From Escherichia phage vB_EcoM_IME537, in sequence record NC_054921.1: 64,000 nt of DNA. One strand, 5' to 3'. The first letter of the stretch is position 1. Every line of letters starts with the position of its first letter. Below, one piece after another: positions 20,431 through 30,769 of the stretch. Position numbers and translations under genes: made by a program. The notes under the pieces were generated by a model. It did not search any database and was not told the origin of the DNA. It saw nothing but the letters and a program-made list of their open reading frames with translations.

Positions 20431-20647
20431 TGTAAACTGATTTTTTCAACTTTCTTACTTCACTGCGTAATTGACGATTTAGCTCATCTTTAACTTCTGA
20501 ATCAATGCCTTTCATTCTACGCCATTTATCTGAGCGAAAAATGTTTTCAACCATATCTTTATGACTTACACCATCAGGAGCTTTACGCTTTCCGAAATAG
20601 TCATAATCACGTACTTTTAAATCTTTACGACGATACGTTTTACCCAT
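20354..20647 (-). CDS. hypothetical basic protein
   Basis: Track ORF 20354..20692; internal Met (MGKTYRRKD...) chosen as start to avoid overlap. Confidence 0.3.
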   Translation of the reverse strand: MGKTYRRKDLKVRDYDYFGKRKAPDGVSHKDMVENIFRSDKWRRMKGIDSEVKDELNRQLRSEVRKLKKSVYIDDDFDYNTSQRVAKRKSNECYRYS

Positions 20648-20822
20648 GGAGTTTAATTTCCTTAGCAACTGAACTAAATACAGCACGGTCACAAATCATC
20701 TGTTTATGTAACTTAAGTATAAGATAATAAACTTCAAAACCGTTTACGTAAGTAACACGAACAACATTACCATTAATAAAATAATATTGTCCCTTTTTAA
20801 TTTCTTTATCAACCACAACCAT
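20640..20822 (-). CDS. hypothetical small protein
   Basis: 60 aa ORF preceded by an early promoter. Confidence 0.4.
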   Translation of the reverse strand: MVVVDKEIKKGQYYFINGNVVRVTYVNGFEVYYLILKLHKQMICDRAVFSSVAKEIKLHG

Positions 20823-20849
20823 ATCAAATCCTCAAAGGCAATTCATATG

Positions 20850-20883
20850 TTAATAATACCATAGTTTGAACTTCTTGTAAACA
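20850..20883 (-). promoter_or_regulatory. T4-type early promoter
   Basis: Minus strand GTTTACaagaagttcaaactatggTATTAT. Confidence 0.45.
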
Positions 20884-20963
20884 ACTTTGTGAAAACTATT
20901 TTAGGGAATGATAAGAAGGGAACGATAGCTTAGAATGGTAATATACAGAATGTGAGAAAGAAA

Positions 20964-20977
20964 GGCCCAGAGGGCCC
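20964..20977 (-). terminator. stem-loop terminator
   Basis: ggcccagagggccc hairpin followed by a T-rich run on the minus strand. Confidence 0.4.
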
Positions 20978-20980
20978 GTC

Positions 20981-21302
20981 TTAGTCTTCTATGATATCTC
21001 TATCATATCCAAGTGAAATGAGAGTTTCTTTGAAGTGTTTAATGTTCTTTTGTCTAGAATCATTGATGAAAATGACTGGATAACGAATGTTAAGAGATGT
21101 GAATCCAGCGCGTTTAGCAAGAGATACAATCAGCGGACGATCATACTCAATCTTACCATTATTTGTAAGAACTTTATAGAAAGTAAAAGGAGCATTGAGC
21201 TCCTTTAGAAGTTTTGTAACTGATTGACATCCAGGACAACGACCTACTTCATCTGGAATTCCATAGACTTCAATCTTATTCTTTAAGTTCGAGTTTTGTT
21301 CC
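20981..21302 (-). CDS. nrdH: glutaredoxin/NrdH-like redoxin (CPGC active site)
   Basis: CPGC motif in ...KIEVYGIPDEVGRCPGCQSV...; true start uncertain (possible GTG near 21302, or ATG near 21355). Confidence 0.45.
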
Positions 21303-21587
21303 ACGAGAAATAATTCCTTGATAAGCCCAGTATGGCGGGTTAACAGAATCATCGCCAGAATTTTCTTCAGGAAAATAAACCTGGATAACAAATCCAGATG
21401 CATCAAAGGTAAAATAAACCGTAGGTAATTCACCTAACAATTCAGCACGGTTATTAATTTCTTCGAGTTCTCGTTCTCGTCCAGCCCAAAAACTAGGATT
21501 TAGATTACATTCATAGAAATAATAGTCATTACCGAACATATCAAAACCCTTCCAACTCTCTACCACATACCGCTCAAAACTAATCAT
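21276..21587 (-). CDS. hypothetical protein
   Basis: 103 aa ORF. Confidence 0.4.
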   Translation of the reverse strand: MISFERYVVESWKGFDMFGNDYYFYECNLNPSFWAGRERELEEINNRAELLGELPTVYFTFDASGFVIQVYFPEENSGDDSVNPPYWAYQGIISRGTKLELKE

Positions 21588-21589
21588 AA

Positions 21590-21829
21590 TTAAGCCTTTT
21601 TATCAAGAACAGCATTCAGTTTGTTAGTAATTTTATCCAGACGCTCATTGAACTCGCTAGAAGACAGTCCTTTTTCTGGAGAAATTAAGCTAATCACGAA
21701 AAATATAGCAATAAAAGGAATAAGAAAAATAGCACCAACTGCCATAAACAAAAAGAACGTCACAGTTGTAAGAAAATCAGCTAAACCTTTACGAAATTTA
21801 TACATATTTACCCTTAATTTATTAACCAA
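21590..21829 (-). CDS. small membrane protein
   Basis: 79 aa with a long hydrophobic segment (FLTTVTFFLFMAVGAIFLIPFIAIFFVISLI). Confidence 0.45.
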   Translation of the reverse strand: MVNKLRVNMYKFRKGLADFLTTVTFFLFMAVGAIFLIPFIAIFFVISLISPEKGLSSSEFNERLDKITNKLNAVLDKKA

Positions 21830-21919
21830 GCATTGATAAGTACTAAACTATACTGCGAATAAAATTCTGGACCAAAATGAAAAATCATATCATTTATAGT
21901 ATCAATAATATAATTCAGT

Positions 21920-22390
21920 TTAATCATGTTTCCACACCCCATCGGTATTTGACCAAAGCCGCTGATTATCTGAACCTCGCCACAGCTTTTTGGTCGGAAG
22001 ATTTTTCTCATACTTCCCATCAATAATAACATCAACATATTTAAGCATTTCTAGTTGTTTAATATCTTCAAACTTATATCCTGTCCACAACCAAATGCTT
22101 TTATTCGGATAAAGATTTTTTACCGTTTGAACAATGCAATGAACATCATCTCGGTTATCAGGATAAAGAGGGTCTCCTCCAGTTATAGTTAATCCTTCTA
22201 TATAATCATTATTCAAACATTCAATTAATTGTTCTAGTGTTTCACCAGTGAATGGAACGCCATTTCTAGCATTCCATGTTGATTTATTATAACACCCTTC
22301 ACATTTATGCAAACACCCCGTAACGAAAAGAACGACCCTGCATCCAGGGCCATTTACAAAATCGCAGGGATAAAATCTATCGTAATTCAT
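21920..22390 (-). CDS. nrdG: anaerobic ribonucleotide reductase activase NrdG (radical SAM)
   Basis: 156 aa with CxxxCxxC cluster motif (CLHKCEGC). Confidence 0.88.
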   Translation of the reverse strand: MNYDRFYPCDFVNGPGCRVVLFVTGCLHKCEGCYNKSTWNARNGVPFTGETLEQLIECLNNDYIEGLTITGGDPLYPDNRDDVHCIVQTVKNLYPNKSIWLWTGYKFEDIKQLEMLKYVDVIIDGKYEKNLPTKKLWRGSDNQRLWSNTDGVWKHD

Positions 22391-23680
22391 TGGTGTTTAA
22401 CCCTATGCATGATTTCTTTATTTTTGCCGAGATTAAATCCGCGTTCATTCGGATTTCCCAAATAACCACAAGTTCTTCTTATTGTGTTCATCTTTTTAGG
22501 ATCAGTTTCTCCACAAACAGAACAAACAAATCCGTTTTCAGTAGGAGTCATTTCATGGGTACTTCCGCATGTAAAACATTTATCTACTGGCATATTAACA
22601 CCAAAATAATCTAAATGTTGTGCAGCATAATCCCATACAGCCTCAAGACCTTTTAGGTTATTTTTCATATCAGGAAGTTCAACATAAGAAATGTGACCAC
22701 CTGTCGCAATGAAATGATATGGGGCTTCGCGAGAAATCTTTTCAAACGGAGTAATATTTTCTTCTACTGAAACGTGGAAACTGTTAGTGTACCAGCCTTT
22801 ATCAGTAACATCCTTTACACTTCCATATTTTTCGGTATCAAGTTTACAGAAGCGATAGCACAGGTTTTCAGCAGGTGTAGAATACAAACTAAAAGCAAAA
22901 CCGGTTCTTTCAGTCCACTGCTTAAGATGAGCATTCATTTTAGTTAAAATTTCTTGTCCAATATCACGACCGACAAGAATATTCAATTCGTGAATACCAA
23001 TGTATCCTAAGGACACTGAACTTCTACCGTTTTTAAATAACTCAATTATATCGTCATCAGGTTTAAGACGAACCCCGAATGCGCCTTCTTGGTAAAGAAT
23101 AGGAGCAACAGTAGCTTTAACTCCTTTTAAGGAACTAATTCTACACATCAATGCTTCAAAACATAAATCCATTCGCTCATTGAACAATTCGGCAAATTTC
23201 TGTTCATTGAACTGTGTTCCAATATAAGAATCTAACGCAATGCGAGGAAGATTCAGTGTTACAACACCAAGATTATTACGTCCATCAAGAATTTCATTAC
23301 CAGTCGAATCTTTCCATACACTCAAGAAACTACGACAACCCATTGGAGAAACAGGAATAGATGAACCGGTGATAGCTTTATTGTTCTTAGCCGAAATGAT
23401 GTCAGGATACATTCTTTTGCTTGCACACTCTAGAGCAAGCTGCTTAATATCATAGTTCGGATCGTCTTTATAAAGATTAACACCTTCTTCAACGAACATA
23501 ACAAGTTTAGGGAAAATAGGAGTTATCCCATCACGACCGAGACCTTTAATACGATTTTTCAGAATTGCTTTCTGAATCATTCGTTCAGTCCAGTCAGTTC
23601 CCGTGCCAAATGTAATTGTTACAAAAGGCGTTTGTCCATTAGAGCTGAAAAGTGTATTTACTTCATCATTATATTCAGCA
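22387..23680 (-). CDS. nrdD: anaerobic ribonucleotide reductase NrdD, exon 2 (C-terminal part; 5' boundary approximate)
   Basis: Class III RNR C-terminal region incl. Zn-ribbon cysteines (CFTCGS...CSVCG) and glycyl-radical-type C-terminus; reading frame interrupted upstream by about 1 kb containing a homing endonuclease ORF. Confidence 0.8.
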
Positions 23681-24724
23681 TGAGTCGCAAATTCATGCCC
23701 GTTTATATGAAACAACAAAATTTGGATAGTCCATAGATATGCAACGTTCTTTTATAGTGCTAGGATGAAAATTTAGCGCTTTAGCTGCTTCTATATAAGA
23801 CGTATACTTAATACCGTCAACAACCACATATTCAGGAACTTTATGAATAGTAGTCTTAATACTCAAAACAAGAGGATGAGTTTCGACTTCACTTTCAGTG
23901 CAATTTAAATATTCCGCTGCTTTTTTAAAACTTCTAAAAGTTTTATTTTTAAGCTTTATCGATACTTGTTTTTTACTTTTTCGACTATTGATATTATTTT
24001 GCACATGTTCCTTAGATCTTCCGTTTTTAGCATAATATTCAGCTACAGAAGATTTTATATTGTTTTTATGAGATTCGGATAACACTTTACCCTTATGAGC
24101 ATCTCTTAATTTTTGAATATGTTCTTCAGTATCCGGATGCTTATAAAACTTTTTACCGCCTATGGATTTATTTAAACATTTTTTGCTATAAAAATATTTA
24201 CGTATGACCTCTTCTTCATGTTTTAATGCATCTTTATAACTATCAAATGTTTTTAAAATTATCCATTTAGTAGGTGTATCAGTTTTTAAGCGTTCATTTA
24301 TATACTTAGATGACGTTGTGTAAGTTTTCCAGTTTGTGGGCTTGTTTTTAATTGTTCTAAATTTTTTATAACCGATATAAATGTCGCCATTAGAAAACTT
24401 AACTAAGTATGTAAATGCGTCTTTATCTTTTATTTTAGTACAACGTCTTTTTATCCATTTCATTGTTTCACCTCGTATTCATAAGATAATCTTATTTATA
24501 CAAGATGACTGCTGCATGTCGCCATGCAGATTAGACTATATCTTCATCTTTCGATGCCGGCCGTTTCGAATAGCATTAGCTTCTATTCTACACCGCTACA
24601 TTCATCACGGTTAGTCGTTAGGCATTTAGTTCAAAAGAACATTTAGCACGGGATTGTCTACTAGAGAGGTTCCCCGTTTAGACCGGTTTTACATGAGCCT
24701 GAATTAAATTAACTCATAAGCTTG
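23681..24724 (-). mobile_element. group I self-splicing intron in nrdD (boundaries approximate, +/-20 nt)
   Basis: nrdD split into 181-aa and 443-aa ORFs; intervening GC-richer non-coding core (about 24470-24720) plus GIY-YIG endonuclease ORF; matches the known T4 nrdD (sunY) intron arrangement. Confidence 0.75.
23693..24463 (-). CDS. intron-encoded GIY-YIG homing endonuclease (I-TevII-like)
   Basis: 256 aa; N-terminal GIY-YIG module (FTYLVKFSNGDIYIGYKKF); located inside the nrdD intron. Confidence 0.8.
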   Translation of the reverse strand: MKWIKRRCTKIKDKDAFTYLVKFSNGDIYIGYKKFRTIKNKPTNWKTYTTSSKYINERLKTDTPTKWIILKTFDSYKDALKHEEEVIRKYFYSKKCLNKSIGGKKFYKHPDTEEHIQKLRDAHKGKVLSESHKNNIKSSVAEYYAKNGRSKEHVQNNINSRKSKKQVSIKLKNKTFRSFKKAAEYLNCTESEVETHPLVLSIKTTIHKVPEYVVVDGIKYTSYIEAAKALNFHPSTIKERCISMDYPNFVVSYKRA

Positions 24725-25249
24725 GAATGCATCGTATACGTCTTTTTCTGTTTTAGATTGGGCATAATTCAATGCATCAGCGATTTGCCATTTTTCTGCA
24801 TCCTCAATATGTTTTGCATAGGTGCGTTTAACATAAGGAGAAAGTACTTTATCTACATTCGCAAAAGTCGTTCCGCCATATTGATGAGAAGCAACCTGCG
24901 CAGTAATTTGTGCCATAATTGCAGTAGCAACGCCAATTGATTTAGGAGTTTCAATCTGCGCATTACCAAGCTTAAATCCGTTCTCAAGCATTCCTTTTAA
25001 ATCTACTAAACAACAATTAGTAAATGGAAGAGCAGGGGAATAATCAATATCGTGGAAATGGATAATTCCGCTTTCATGCGCTTTCATAATAAAAGACGGG
25101 ACCATATTTTTGGCAATGTGTTTAGACACAATACCAGCCATAAGGTCCCGTTGAGTTGGAAAAACACGAGAATCTTTATTAGCATTCTCGTTTAAAAGGT
25201 CTTTATTAGTTTTATGAATCAATCCTTCAATTTCTTTTTCAATTGTCAT
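24725..25249 (-). CDS. nrdD: anaerobic ribonucleotide reductase NrdD, exon 1 (N-terminal part; 3' boundary approximate)
   Basis: N-terminal NrdD region (MTIEKEIEGLIHKTNKDLL...); the ORF-track stop at 24704 lies inside the intron. Confidence 0.8.
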
Positions 25250-25719
25250 TTTAAACTCTTTCTAAGCTGCTTCTTAAATGAAGCTATTAATTGTGTTTTG
25301 GTGTCAGATTCATTATATTCAAATCCTCTTTGAAGCATCTCAGCTATCATTTCCTCTTTTCCTAAACGAGAAAATTCCTTTGATTTATCTCCAACAAAGT
25401 TAGGGTGAATATTATTTTGGGTGTAATCGGATTTTAAATAAGTAAGTAAATTTTCTAACCATTCAAGATAATCAACGCCTTGTCCCTTTAAGCCAGAACG
25501 ATTAAATTTGTGCTTCATTTGACCTTCCGCAGCATTGCAGAGATTACAGAGCAATCCACGTACCTTTCCTGCTTTTGGTCCATTTAATTCATGGTCATGG
25601 TCAAGGTGATTAGCTTGAACATCAGGATTTAGTTCTCGTTGGCAAATTAAGCATTTACCGTTTTGTGCATTATAAAATTTTTGTTTTTCTTCTTTGTATA
25701 ATTTGCCAGTCAATAACAT
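25246..25719 (-). CDS. 49: endonuclease VII (Holliday junction resolvase) gp49
   Basis: 157 aa, Zn-binding CxxC...CNLCN; near-identical to T4 endo VII from memory. Confidence 0.9.
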   Translation of the reverse strand: MLLTGKLYKEEKQKFYNAQNGKCLICQRELNPDVQANHLDHDHELNGPKAGKVRGLLCNLCNAAEGQMKHKFNRSGLKGQGVDYLEWLENLLTYLKSDYTQNNIHPNFVGDKSKEFSRLGKEEMIAEMLQRGFEYNESDTKTQLIASFKKQLRKSLK

Positions 25720-25756
25720 AATAAAACCCTTACCTTGAATAGATAAGGGTATTTAT

Positions 25757-25936
25757 TATTTTCAAGTATTGTAAAACATTCGATGCAATCGCTTATATTG
25801 TCGAATCATCTTTTTAGTAGGACGAGAATAAGTTCCTACACAAGTGGTCATATTAGGGTCAGTAGGACTTCCTTTAATAAAAAGTTTCCAGACTTTACCA
25901 CCATTTAGCTTTTCAGTATAAATCAATTCAGTTTTC
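25757..25936 (-). CDS. hypothetical small protein (below ORF-track threshold)
   Basis: Hand-translated about 59 aa ORF (MKTELIYTEKLNGGKVWKLF...). Confidence 0.25.
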
Positions 25937-25937
25937 A

Positions 25938-26402
25938 TTAGAATGGCCTATCAGAAAAAGAAATTTGAGTTTCAAGCCATTCAATATATTCTGCCGCAGC
26001 TTGCATCAAATTTCCTTCATAACCATCGTTGTTTTCTTGCGCAGCTAATTTAGCTAATGCATATGAAATGCGTTCACCCTGAAAAGCGGCTTTAGGTTTA
26101 TGAATAGCTTGATCAACTCGTTCTACAACTTCTTCAATTTCGCCATTTTCTACTGATTCAGTATTCCACAAGCACCAATACGTAATTGGCTTATCATAGA
26201 TGTTAATAACCTTTCCGTCAGAAAGTTCAATTTCAATAATTCCAGTATCAGGTTCTATGTCATCTTCACATTCTTTTACAAGTTCACGAACTTTAAAGAC
26301 AGTACCTGCACTAAGTTCCGGCCAGTAATTACACAGCCCCTTATCAGCACGATTAATTCTAAACCACTTATCTACTGTAATCATGTCCCATCTCCATATC
26401 AA
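25938..26402 (-). CDS. hypothetical acidic protein at the pin position (possible Lon-inhibitor PinA homolog)
   Basis: 154 aa ORF between 49 and nrdC; track start is TTG; assignment by position only. Confidence 0.3.
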   Translation of the reverse strand: MIWRWDMITVDKWFRINRADKGLCNYWPELSAGTVFKVRELVKECEDDIEPDTGIIEIELSDGKVINIYDKPITYWCLWNTESVENGEIEEVVERVDQAIHKPKAAFQGERISYALAKLAAQENNDGYEGNLMQAAAEYIEWLETQISFSDRPF

Positions 26403-26506
26403 TTATGTCATTTATTGTAGGTTCATTATATACTGTTTCTTCATCAGTGTAAACCGGTTCTTCCGGCTCTGGCTCTACAGTTTCCCATCTAACCGCCCAC
26501 CAAGGT

Positions 26507-26716
26507 TTAACCCCGAAGCTTATTAAGTTCTTCATAATCAATCCAGGATTCTAGTCCTGATGGCAAATCATATTCAATTTCCCAAAGAAGTTCTTCAATT
26601 TTCTGAAGACGATCTAATTCTTCAGCTGGAATAGTAACCATTGACGGAGTTCTTGATACATTAATATCGTAAATCATATTTACCCCAGTTTGACCATACA
26701 ATCGCCGTATTTCCAT
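26507..26716 (-). CDS. hypothetical small protein
   Basis: 69 aa ORF. Confidence 0.35.
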   Translation of the reverse strand: MEIRRLYGQTGVNMIYDINVSRTPSMVTIPAEELDRLQKIEELLWEIEYDLPSGLESWIDYEELNKLRG

Positions 26717-26895
26717 TTAGAAATAGACTTTTCACCGTTAGAATAATAAACTTCGAGTTTAGCACGGTTATTTTTAATTTGAATAATCTTTGCTGTCATC
26801 AAAGTTCCATATCCATAATAAACTGCAACTTCATCACCTACATATACCGCGCTTCCGCGGTAGTCATGGATATAATCAGTTCCTTCGAGCATCAT
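26680..26895 (-). CDS. hypothetical small protein
   Basis: 71 aa ORF. Confidence 0.35.
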   Translation of the reverse strand: MMLEGTDYIHDYRGSAVYVGDEVAVYYGYGTLMTAKIIQIKNNRAKLEVYYSNGEKSISKWKYGDCMVKLG

Positions 26896-27155
26896 TTGAA
26901 GTATTCCCGCAATTGGTCAAATCCACCAATATGACTTCCATCAGGAGCAAATACCTGAGGCATCGTCAATCCGATTTGAGTATCACGACCTAGTTTAGTC
27001 AGAAGCTCAGCAATTTTCTCATCATCAAAAACACCTTTTTCCGGCATAATGTTGATAAATTCAAACGGCTGTTTCTTCACGGTCAAAAGACGTTTTGCAT
27101 TATCACAATACACGCATTTATGAATGTTGCTATCATAACCATATACTTTAAACAT
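26892..27155 (-). CDS. nrdC: phage thioredoxin/glutaredoxin NrdC
   Basis: 87 aa, CVYC active site; near-identical to T4 NrdC from memory. Confidence 0.9.
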   Translation of the reverse strand: MFKVYGYDSNIHKCVYCDNAKRLLTVKKQPFEFINIMPEKGVFDDEKIAELLTKLGRDTQIGLTMPQVFAPDGSHIGGFDQLREYFK

Positions 27156-27223
27156 ATTATTCCTTAATTCCTAATACTTGTTTAAAAGTCTCGTCGTAAT
27201 CAAGACTTTGGCCCGTTTGTTCT

Positions 27224-27445
27224 TTATGTTTGTATAATATCACTTACTTCTGATAGCATATTTTTATATGAACGAGTTAAAGCTGATTTAAGCACGCTGT
27301 ATCTATCAGGAAATTTACCATGTTCATTATAATAAGCTATTGCTAATTCACGGACTGCCTTTTCAGCAGTCTCCATATATTCTTTACGCTTTGTCATTTT
27401 CTTCTCGGTCAAATCGATGTTTACAATGACGACATTTATATTCAA
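27224..27445 (-). CDS. hypothetical protein
   Basis: 73 aa ORF. Confidence 0.35.
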
Positions 27446-27701
27446 GCTCTGGTTTACGCCAGTTAATCAATTGGACCTGTTCAGTACCACATTTTGGGCA
27501 GTTCGGAACATTCTTAGAAGCCCTTTCGCGGCGTTCAACCATAACCATAATGGCATCCCAAGCAGGAGGTTTAAAGTCTAGATCGTCACAGCCATGAATC
27601 TTTCCACGCATTTCTAAATCGTCTTCTTCACCAGCCATAATAATTTTAATTAGACTGGAATTACTTGAAGCTGCAATATCTTCTAATAAGCGCTTTTTCA
27701 T
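27384..27701 (-). CDS. hypothetical protein with C-terminal zinc-ribbon (CPKC...CRHC)
   Basis: 105 aa; four-cysteine motif. Confidence 0.4.
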
Positions 27702-28627
27702 TTCAATACCTCAATAGCATTACGTAAACCATTTGCTTTGGCAGTTAAAGCCTTAAGAACTTTAGTATGCTCTTCAATCTGTTTTTCAACTTCAATTAAG
27801 CGTGTATTAAGATATTCGCGTTCTTCACTCAGGTTATCAATCTTTTCTACTTTAGGTTCTTTTACAACTGGCTTATATGTATTAGGGTTCTTCAGTTTAA
27901 TTAGAATGCGTGAACTGTATAACATTGAACCATTATCTTCGGTTTCGTCATACATTTCCACTACGTCCATCATCTCCACCATCGTGCAGAGTTTATAAGA
28001 CAACGAACGAATAGTTTTGTTATGCTTATTAATTTCTCTAGCTGTCATGGTGCCGAGATTACGTGAGTAATAATAAGGAACCTGGATATTAATTAATACT
28101 GATGAACCACCTGGCTTGTGTGTTACTTCATCAGCAATAACCCAGTCCTTAACATGAACTGTATTTGTACGGTCATCGCCCGCGGTAAATAGTTTACGAG
28201 CATGCTTAAAAAGCATATTCACTTGGTCATTGAATTGACAAGCGAATTTATCAGCAAATTTAGTTTCAGGAATGGTAGATAACCAATCAGCCAAATGGGT
28301 CTTTTTAACATCGTTAACAATAGTAAATTCAACCAAATCGGTTATAGATGTCGCAGATTTAATGAAGCTCGGCTTCATAAAGTTTTTAATGTTATCACTA
28401 GCTACAGTAGAAGATAACAGACGAGAACGTTTAAACCATTGAAGCAAATTGCCTAACGAATGAGAATAAGCGTTTTGAGTATCTTTACAGATATGATTTT
28501 CCTGGCCAACATATTGAAAGAAATCACGAAGAATATTATTGATTACTGCTCTGTGCCCAATCTGATAATTACGGTGTTTAGTAATAAGACTATCAAAATA
28601 ATCAATATAATGTTTACGAGTTTTCAT
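27698..28627 (-). CDS. hypothetical protein, member 1 of a four-gene tandem paralog family with C-terminal coiled-coil
   Basis: 309 aa; MKTR... start; C-terminal heptad-like segment ([29 protein letters not shown]). Confidence 0.5.
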   Translation of the reverse strand: MKTRKHYIDYFDSLITKHRNYQIGHRAVINNILRDFFQYVGQENHICKDTQNAYSHSLGNLLQWFKRSRLLSSTVASDNIKNFMKPSFIKSATSITDLVEFTIVNDVKKTHLADWLSTIPETKFADKFACQFNDQVNMLFKHARKLFTAGDDRTNTVHVKDWVIADEVTHKPGGSSVLINIQVPYYYSRNLGTMTAREINKHNKTIRSLSYKLCTMVEMMDVVEMYDETEDNGSMLYSSRILIKLKNPNTYKPVVKEPKVEKIDNLSEEREYLNTRLIEVEKQIEEHTKVLKALTAKANGLRNAIEVLK

Positions 28628-28679
28628 GTTCTTCTCACTTGGTTAATGATTTATACTCCGAGCCATCCTTGGCTTTAAA

Positions 28680-29711
28680 TTACTTAATTAACTGTAAAGC
28701 TTGTTCAAGACGATCCAGGCGATTAACAGATTCTTCCCAAATCCTTTTAGCCTGCTCATATTCTTTCTGTGCTTTATTAGAAATTTCTAGAACTTCTTTA
28801 TAAGCTTTTTCTAGTGCAATAACTTCTGGACGAATTTCTACCGGTTCAAGTGAATCATCAAGACATTCCATTAGTTCCTCAAGGGTAGTTTCTTCTTTAG
28901 GAGTATTCACAATTTCATCACATTTTTGTTGGTAAATTTCTTTATCAGTCGGTGAGTACGCGCACTTTACTTCACGGAGACTAACTACAATTTTATATCC
29001 TTCCCAACCGCACATATTCTTAAAAGGATAAGTATGAATATTTTCTACCGTTTCCATACAAAATAATGCAGTCTCTAATTGACGAGTTATATCACTAGCA
29101 ATTGAGAAAAATTTATTAATGTTCTTTTGATTAGCTTCTGGTGTAAAAAATCCATAATTCACAAAAATAGCTGCTTTATTTTTATCAAGTTCATATTCTT
29201 TTATGATAATCATGTCAGAAGCCCAAGGATGAATTTGACGATAATCACCATAGCATAATTTAGAAGCTGATTTTAGAATTTGCTTTTTGAAAAGTCTGAA
29301 ATTACTAATCCAACGACGAGTAAAAATATTCTCAGGGTCTTCTTTATTATTAAGATGATAAGAATTAACATCACCGAACCAATTATATCCTACTACATCT
29401 TTGGTTCGTTTAATTTCTTTCCCAAAATTACCAAGAATATCCTGATTAACTAAATATGAAAGAAGACGAGAACCTTTAAAGGTTTCCTTAATATCACCTT
29501 TATCTTCGCGACTAGAAATTTTATGAACTTCATGAATAAATTTGCTGGAAGAAACAATGCTTACATCAATATTATTGAGCCATTGATTGATAATGGAAAT
29601 AACGTTATTCTGACTAGACATAGGTTTAACTTTATCATCAATAACGCTATTAAATGATTTGATATATTCGTTACGAGTCATATTAATCTCCTCAGTAGAA
29701 AGTAAGAACAT
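28680..29711 (-). CDS. hypothetical protein, tandem paralog family member 2
   Basis: About 333-343 aa (start probably MTRNEYIKSF); C-terminal coiled-coil. Confidence 0.5.
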   Translation of the reverse strand: MFLLSTEEINMTRNEYIKSFNSVIDDKVKPMSSQNNVISIINQWLNNIDVSIVSSSKFIHEVHKISSREDKGDIKETFKGSRLLSYLVNQDILGNFGKEIKRTKDVVGYNWFGDVNSYHLNNKEDPENIFTRRWISNFRLFKKQILKSASKLCYGDYRQIHPWASDMIIIKEYELDKNKAAIFVNYGFFTPEANQKNINKFFSIASDITRQLETALFCMETVENIHTYPFKNMCGWEGYKIVVSLREVKCAYSPTDKEIYQQKCDEIVNTPKEETTLEELMECLDDSLEPVEIRPEVIALEKAYKEVLEISNKAQKEYEQAKRIWEESVNRLDRLEQALQLIK

Positions 29712-29738
29712 TATACCACATCCTTGTGGTAAAGTAAA

Positions 29739-30761
29739 CTAGTTCAGTGCATTTAGTGCATTGTTCAGTTTAGAACGTTGCTTCGTGAGATTTTTGACTT
29801 TTTCTTGAGCTTTTTCTAGCATCTTTTCAGCTTCTAGCACTTCATTAGTTGCTTTAACGAGTTCATCATCTACTGCCTTGATAGACTTCTCAATCGCATC
29901 TGCATGCCATTTTTCAACAGGTTTAAGACTCGGATTTTCAATAGGAAGAAAATTCACTTTATTGAATTTCCATGCATCTTTATTACCTGAACTATACATC
30001 CAAAATTTAGGATCGTTTGATGAGTAATTGGATAAATTTAAGTTATCTTGCACTTCCTGCTTTTTCTCTTGTGTGACTTCGTCCTTTCTCAAAAAATCGT
30101 ATTTAAATGAAACGATCATATCAAGTTCATATGTTGTTGTATGTTCCCAATTTCGCTCAAAATGAGGTAAAATCTTAGACTGAACAGCGGCAACAACATC
30201 CATATACTTAAATGCTTCTGTTAACTGCGATTTAAGGCATTCACAAATTGAAAGAGAATTTTTTGTATTAGGTTTAAAGCTAATTCGTGCAGTTCTATTA
30301 TTTTCTTTTAATGGTCTTACTTCCATCTGAAGAGTATAACCATCAAATTTCAGATTCTTTAAGTTAATATCAGAACCTTTTAATCGACTCGCAGTTGATA
30401 AAATTTGTTTTAATTGTTTACGGAATAGAGCAATAAATCTCCATTCAATACGATAATGATTTGGATTGAAAAATCCAGATGATAAATCGACCTTACTTTG
30501 ACCGACGCCTTGAACAAATAGAGGATTTTTATAATCAATAGTTTTACAGAAATCGGTGAGCTGCTCACGAGCCGTCATTTGCGTAATATACCCTGCTTCG
30601 CTAAAATTACGCACCCATTCACCGCTATTCGTATACTTAAAGTGATGAATAACACGATTAACTTTATCAGGGTCTAAATTATTTTCACACAAAAATGTCA
30701 TAACATCACGGGTATAGCTGGCATTACGAACCATATCTTCAATTTGAGAACGAGTTTTCAT
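29739..30761 (-). CDS. hypothetical protein, tandem paralog family member 3
   Basis: 340 aa; MKTRSQIEDM start; C-terminal coiled-coil (EAEKMLEKAQEKVKNLTKQRSKLNNALNALN). Confidence 0.5.
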   Translation of the reverse strand: MKTRSQIEDMVRNASYTRDVMTFLCENNLDPDKVNRVIHHFKYTNSGEWVRNFSEAGYITQMTAREQLTDFCKTIDYKNPLFVQGVGQSKVDLSSGFFNPNHYRIEWRFIALFRKQLKQILSTASRLKGSDINLKNLKFDGYTLQMEVRPLKENNRTARISFKPNTKNSLSICECLKSQLTEAFKYMDVVAAVQSKILPHFERNWEHTTTYELDMIVSFKYDFLRKDEVTQEKKQEVQDNLNLSNYSSNDPKFWMYSSGNKDAWKFNKVNFLPIENPSLKPVEKWHADAIEKSIKAVDDELVKATNEVLEAEKMLEKAQEKVKNLTKQRSKLNNALNALN

Positions 30762-30769
30762 GGTGTTCC

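Noticed and set aside
21814-22038. 74-aa minus-strand ORF overlapping the 3' end of nrdG (and 16336-16536 overlapping alpha-gt)
   Set aside because: Alternative-frame ORFs embedded in conserved genes, with no promoter or RBS context.
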